From: Candidatus Iainarchaeum sp.
Lineage (GTDB): Archaea; Iainarchaeota; Iainarchaeia; Iainarchaeales; CSSED10-239
Length of the DNA: 10,185 nt
Assembly: GCA_028700115.1 (NCBI GenBank)
Contig: JAQVTI010000020.1
Coordinates: 1-10,185 of the forward strand
Direction: 5' to 3'
Shown here: positions 8,163 through 10,185 of the stretch, piece by piece
Numbering within the stretch: position 1 is the first letter of the stretch
Layout of the letters: every line of letters starts with the position of its first letter
Translations under genes and position numbers: made by a program
Notes under the pieces: generated by a model
What the model was told of the DNA's origin: nothing
Databases searched by the model: none
What the model saw: the letters and a program-made list of their open reading frames with translations, nothing else

Positions 8163-8768
8163 TCATAATTTATAATAAATATCATAAAAAAAATCTTTTG
8201 GTTTATTTACAATATATTTTCCATTTTCTAATTTACAATATTTTGACATAGCAAATAATGAAATTACTATCCCACTAATTAGTTTTATTATATTTAATAT
8301 TTGTTCATCTGTATATTCCAACAACCTATCATTATAATGTACACATCTATGTCTTTCGTCGCTAAGACTCTCAAAATTAGCTCTTAATGTGTCATCAATT
8401 ATATTCCATTCAATTAATGCATCCAACATAATTTTCCAATTGGTAAAGGAGCTACATCTATATATGCTTTCTTTTACTTGTAAATATTTATTTTGAGGAT
8501 AATAAGATCTTAAATCTAATATTAATTTATTTAGTATTCTCTCTCCAAAAGCGCTAGCACCCAAAATACTACAATAAAAACAACCATAAATATAGGTTAA
8601 TCTAATTTCAGATAAAATACCACCAATTTCTTTATCAAAAGCAATAATAGGTGGTATTGTATTTAATTTTTGACACCTAATTTTTTGTTTATCATCATAA
8701 TTTGATGATTCAACAAAATTTATAAGTTTTGGTAAACTATCTAAGTAAATTAAATATTGTTTATTCAT
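8163..8768 (-). CDS. Putative HEPN-like protein (possible RNase or accessory protein of the adjacent Shedu-like gene)
   Basis: 201-aa predicted mostly alpha-helical protein with 'ANFESLSDERHRCVHYNDRLLEYTDEQ', an R-x4-H motif (RHRCVH) in HEPN-like context. Its start overlaps the upstream Shedu-like ORF by 8 nt (ATGAATAA). Confidence 0.5.
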   Translation of the reverse strand: MNKQYLIYLDSLPKLINFVESSNYDDKQKIRCQKLNTIPPIIAFDKEIGGILSEIRLTYIYGCFYCSILGASAFGERILNKLILDLRSYYPQNKYLQVKESIYRCSSFTNWKIMLDALIEWNIIDDTLRANFESLSDERHRCVHYNDRLLEYTDEQILNIIKLISGIVISLFAMSKYCKLENGKYIVNKPKDFFYDIYYKL

Positions 8769-9963
8769 TTGTTCTCTGTGTTTGCAATTCTAATCTTTTA
8801 AGCAGTTCATCATACAATATAATTTCTATATTTTTTAAAGAACCTCTTAATATTTTAAAATCCTCTCTCATTTGATCGTTTGTTAATAAAGAACTACTTC
8901 CAATTATTAAATATCCCTTAGGAGATACAATATCAACACTAACATTTTTTTCTCTTTTTAAATCTTCTTTTAATACTGCTCTCTTAGTATTAGCATTAAA
9001 CAAATATTTTTCTAATTGTACGATTGCCTTTATAGTAAAATTACTCCAATAATAATTACCTCTATCTTTTTTTTTGGATAACAATGGAGTTGTTGGTTTT
9101 TTTATTTCAAAAATATCCAAAAAATTATTAAAATCAATTAAACCAAAATCAGCTTTTCTAATACCACCTAACATTAAATTAATTTCTGGTATTGAATAAA
9201 GATATTTATAATCAATAAGATATAAATTTTGATTTAAAAATTCACCCCATTCTGATTCAGTAGTATTAGATTTTAACTTTTTGTTAAATTCTAATATAAT
9301 TTTTTCAATATTTAATATATCCACTTTAATTTTTGTTTTCTTAAAATCACCAATATTTAGATTCGAACTTTCGCTTATAGCTAAATTTAAAAATTCAAAT
9401 AACTTAATTATATCCTTTTTATTTAAGTCAGTGATTATTTCTTTATTTAAACTTTCTAAAATTCTATTTATTCGAGATCTGGTTGAATAAATAGGTTTAC
9501 TAAAATCCTCAGAGAATAAATTATTAAAAAATAAGTCAACATATAGAGATCTTTCTCTTTTTTTTTCAGAATCTATAACTGTTAAATTAGATTTTAATTT
9601 TTTAAAATCAAAATAATTTATGTTAACATCAATACATTTTGGAAATCTAATAATTTTACTCTCACTAAATTTAGAAATTGTAAAATATCTTACATTTTTA
9701 TCTTTAAATAACTTATCGAAATAATATAAAATACCTGATTTTATACCCCCTTTTTTATTAAATTCATTTGGAATTTTAATAAATCCATCCAACACAAATT
9801 TTTGAAAAAAATTATAACCCTCAAACTTAGGAAAAAAATTTATTTTTTTCTTAGTTTTATCAATTAAATAAACTAATTTTTTATCTTTATTATCTTCATC
9901 AATTACGAATATTTCTGTAGTATATAAGTCCTTATCTACTTCTTCAACTATTAATTTACCCAT
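8761..9963 (-). CDS. Shedu-like anti-phage nuclease (DUF4263 / SduA-type PD-(D/E)XK C-terminal domain)
   Basis: 400-aa ORF. C-terminal 'ESEWGEFLNQNLYLIDYKYLYSIPEINLMLGGIRKADFGLIDFNNFLDIFEIKKPTTPLL.....YWSNFTIKAIVQLEKYLF....PKGYLIIGSSSLL...MREDFKILRGSLKNIEIILYDELLKRLE' matches the DUF4263 pattern: D-x13-E-x-K core, QxxxY, (I)IG..., YDELL. Confidence 0.85.
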   Translation of the reverse strand: MGKLIVEEVDKDLYTTEIFVIDEDNKDKKLVYLIDKTKKKINFFPKFEGYNFFQKFVLDGFIKIPNEFNKKGGIKSGILYYFDKLFKDKNVRYFTISKFSESKIIRFPKCIDVNINYFDFKKLKSNLTVIDSEKKRERSLYVDLFFNNLFSEDFSKPIYSTRSRINRILESLNKEIITDLNKKDIIKLFEFLNLAISESSNLNIGDFKKTKIKVDILNIEKIILEFNKKLKSNTTESEWGEFLNQNLYLIDYKYLYSIPEINLMLGGIRKADFGLIDFNNFLDIFEIKKPTTPLLSKKKDRGNYYWSNFTIKAIVQLEKYLFNANTKRAVLKEDLKREKNVSVDIVSPKGYLIIGSSSLLTNDQMREDFKILRGSLKNIEIILYDELLKRLELQTQRTNE

Positions 9964-9970
9964 ATAAATG

Positions 9971-10183
9971 TTAATGTATAAAACAATTAAAATATCTTAC
10001 TATTTCTTTGTAATTCTGATCCGCTAACAATTGTCGCGATAAATAATGATTTCCACCGACCGAATTACTAACCCTGCCTTGATAATAGTCTGCTATTGAC
10101 TCTGGAATTCCTAATTCTATGCACTTAGTATAGAACCATTTTCTACAGTATTTTATAGGAATTAACTTCTTTCGCTTTATTTC
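9971..10183 (-). CDS. Partial CDS (5' end beyond window): C-terminal region of an archaeal-type tyrosine recombinase/integrase
   Basis: Not in the ORF track. Minus-strand frame reads EIKRKKLIPIKYCRKWFYTKCIELGIPESIADYYQGRVSNSVGGNHYLSRQLLADQNYKEIVRYFNCFIH and stops at 9973-9971. 'K(Y)xRKWFxxKxxELGIPESIADxxQGRVxxSVGxxHY' is the typical C-terminal catalytic block of archaeal integrases. Confidence 0.7.
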   Translation of the reverse strand, partial: EIKRKKLIPIKYCRKWFYTKCIELGIPESIADYYQGRVSNSVGGNHYLSRQLLADQNYKEIVRYFNCFIH

Positions 10184-10185
10184 TG

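Noticed and set aside
9281-9490. 69-aa + strand ORF inside the Shedu-like gene
   Set aside because: Antisense to a strongly supported DUF4263-like ORF; no family signature.
1-10185. CRISPR array, retron or tRNA gene
   Set aside because: I saw no regularly spaced long direct repeats, reverse transcriptase motifs (YxDD) or tRNA-like cloverleaf in this window. The only regular array is the three 12-bp GGTCAA units.

Overview
Very AT-rich accessory or defence-island-like window. From left to right: (1) the 3' end of a TrkA-N-like gene, a small Cys-containing ORF and a four-helix-bundle (23S rRNA-intervening-sequence type) protein, all on +. (2) A single-pass membrane-anchored protein of unknown function on -. 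(3) A tight minus-strand Type III restriction-modification operon, mod -> res -> PD-(D/E)XK/DUF5655-like protein. (4) A divergent + strand pair, a small winged-helix regulator plus a ~4-TM membrane protein. Three 12-bp-phased GGTCAA repeats lie in the promoter region shared with mod. (5) A minus-strand cassette reading from the right edge: C-terminus of an archaeal-type tyrosine recombinase -> Shedu-like (DUF4263) nuclease -> HEPN-like protein, with a 7-nt gap and then an 8-nt overlap. The most interesting candidates are the overlapping Shedu-like + HEPN-like pair directly behind an integrase, the nuclease-like third gene attached to Type III R-M, and the regulator/membrane pair between the two defence modules. 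All family calls come from motif recognition without database search.
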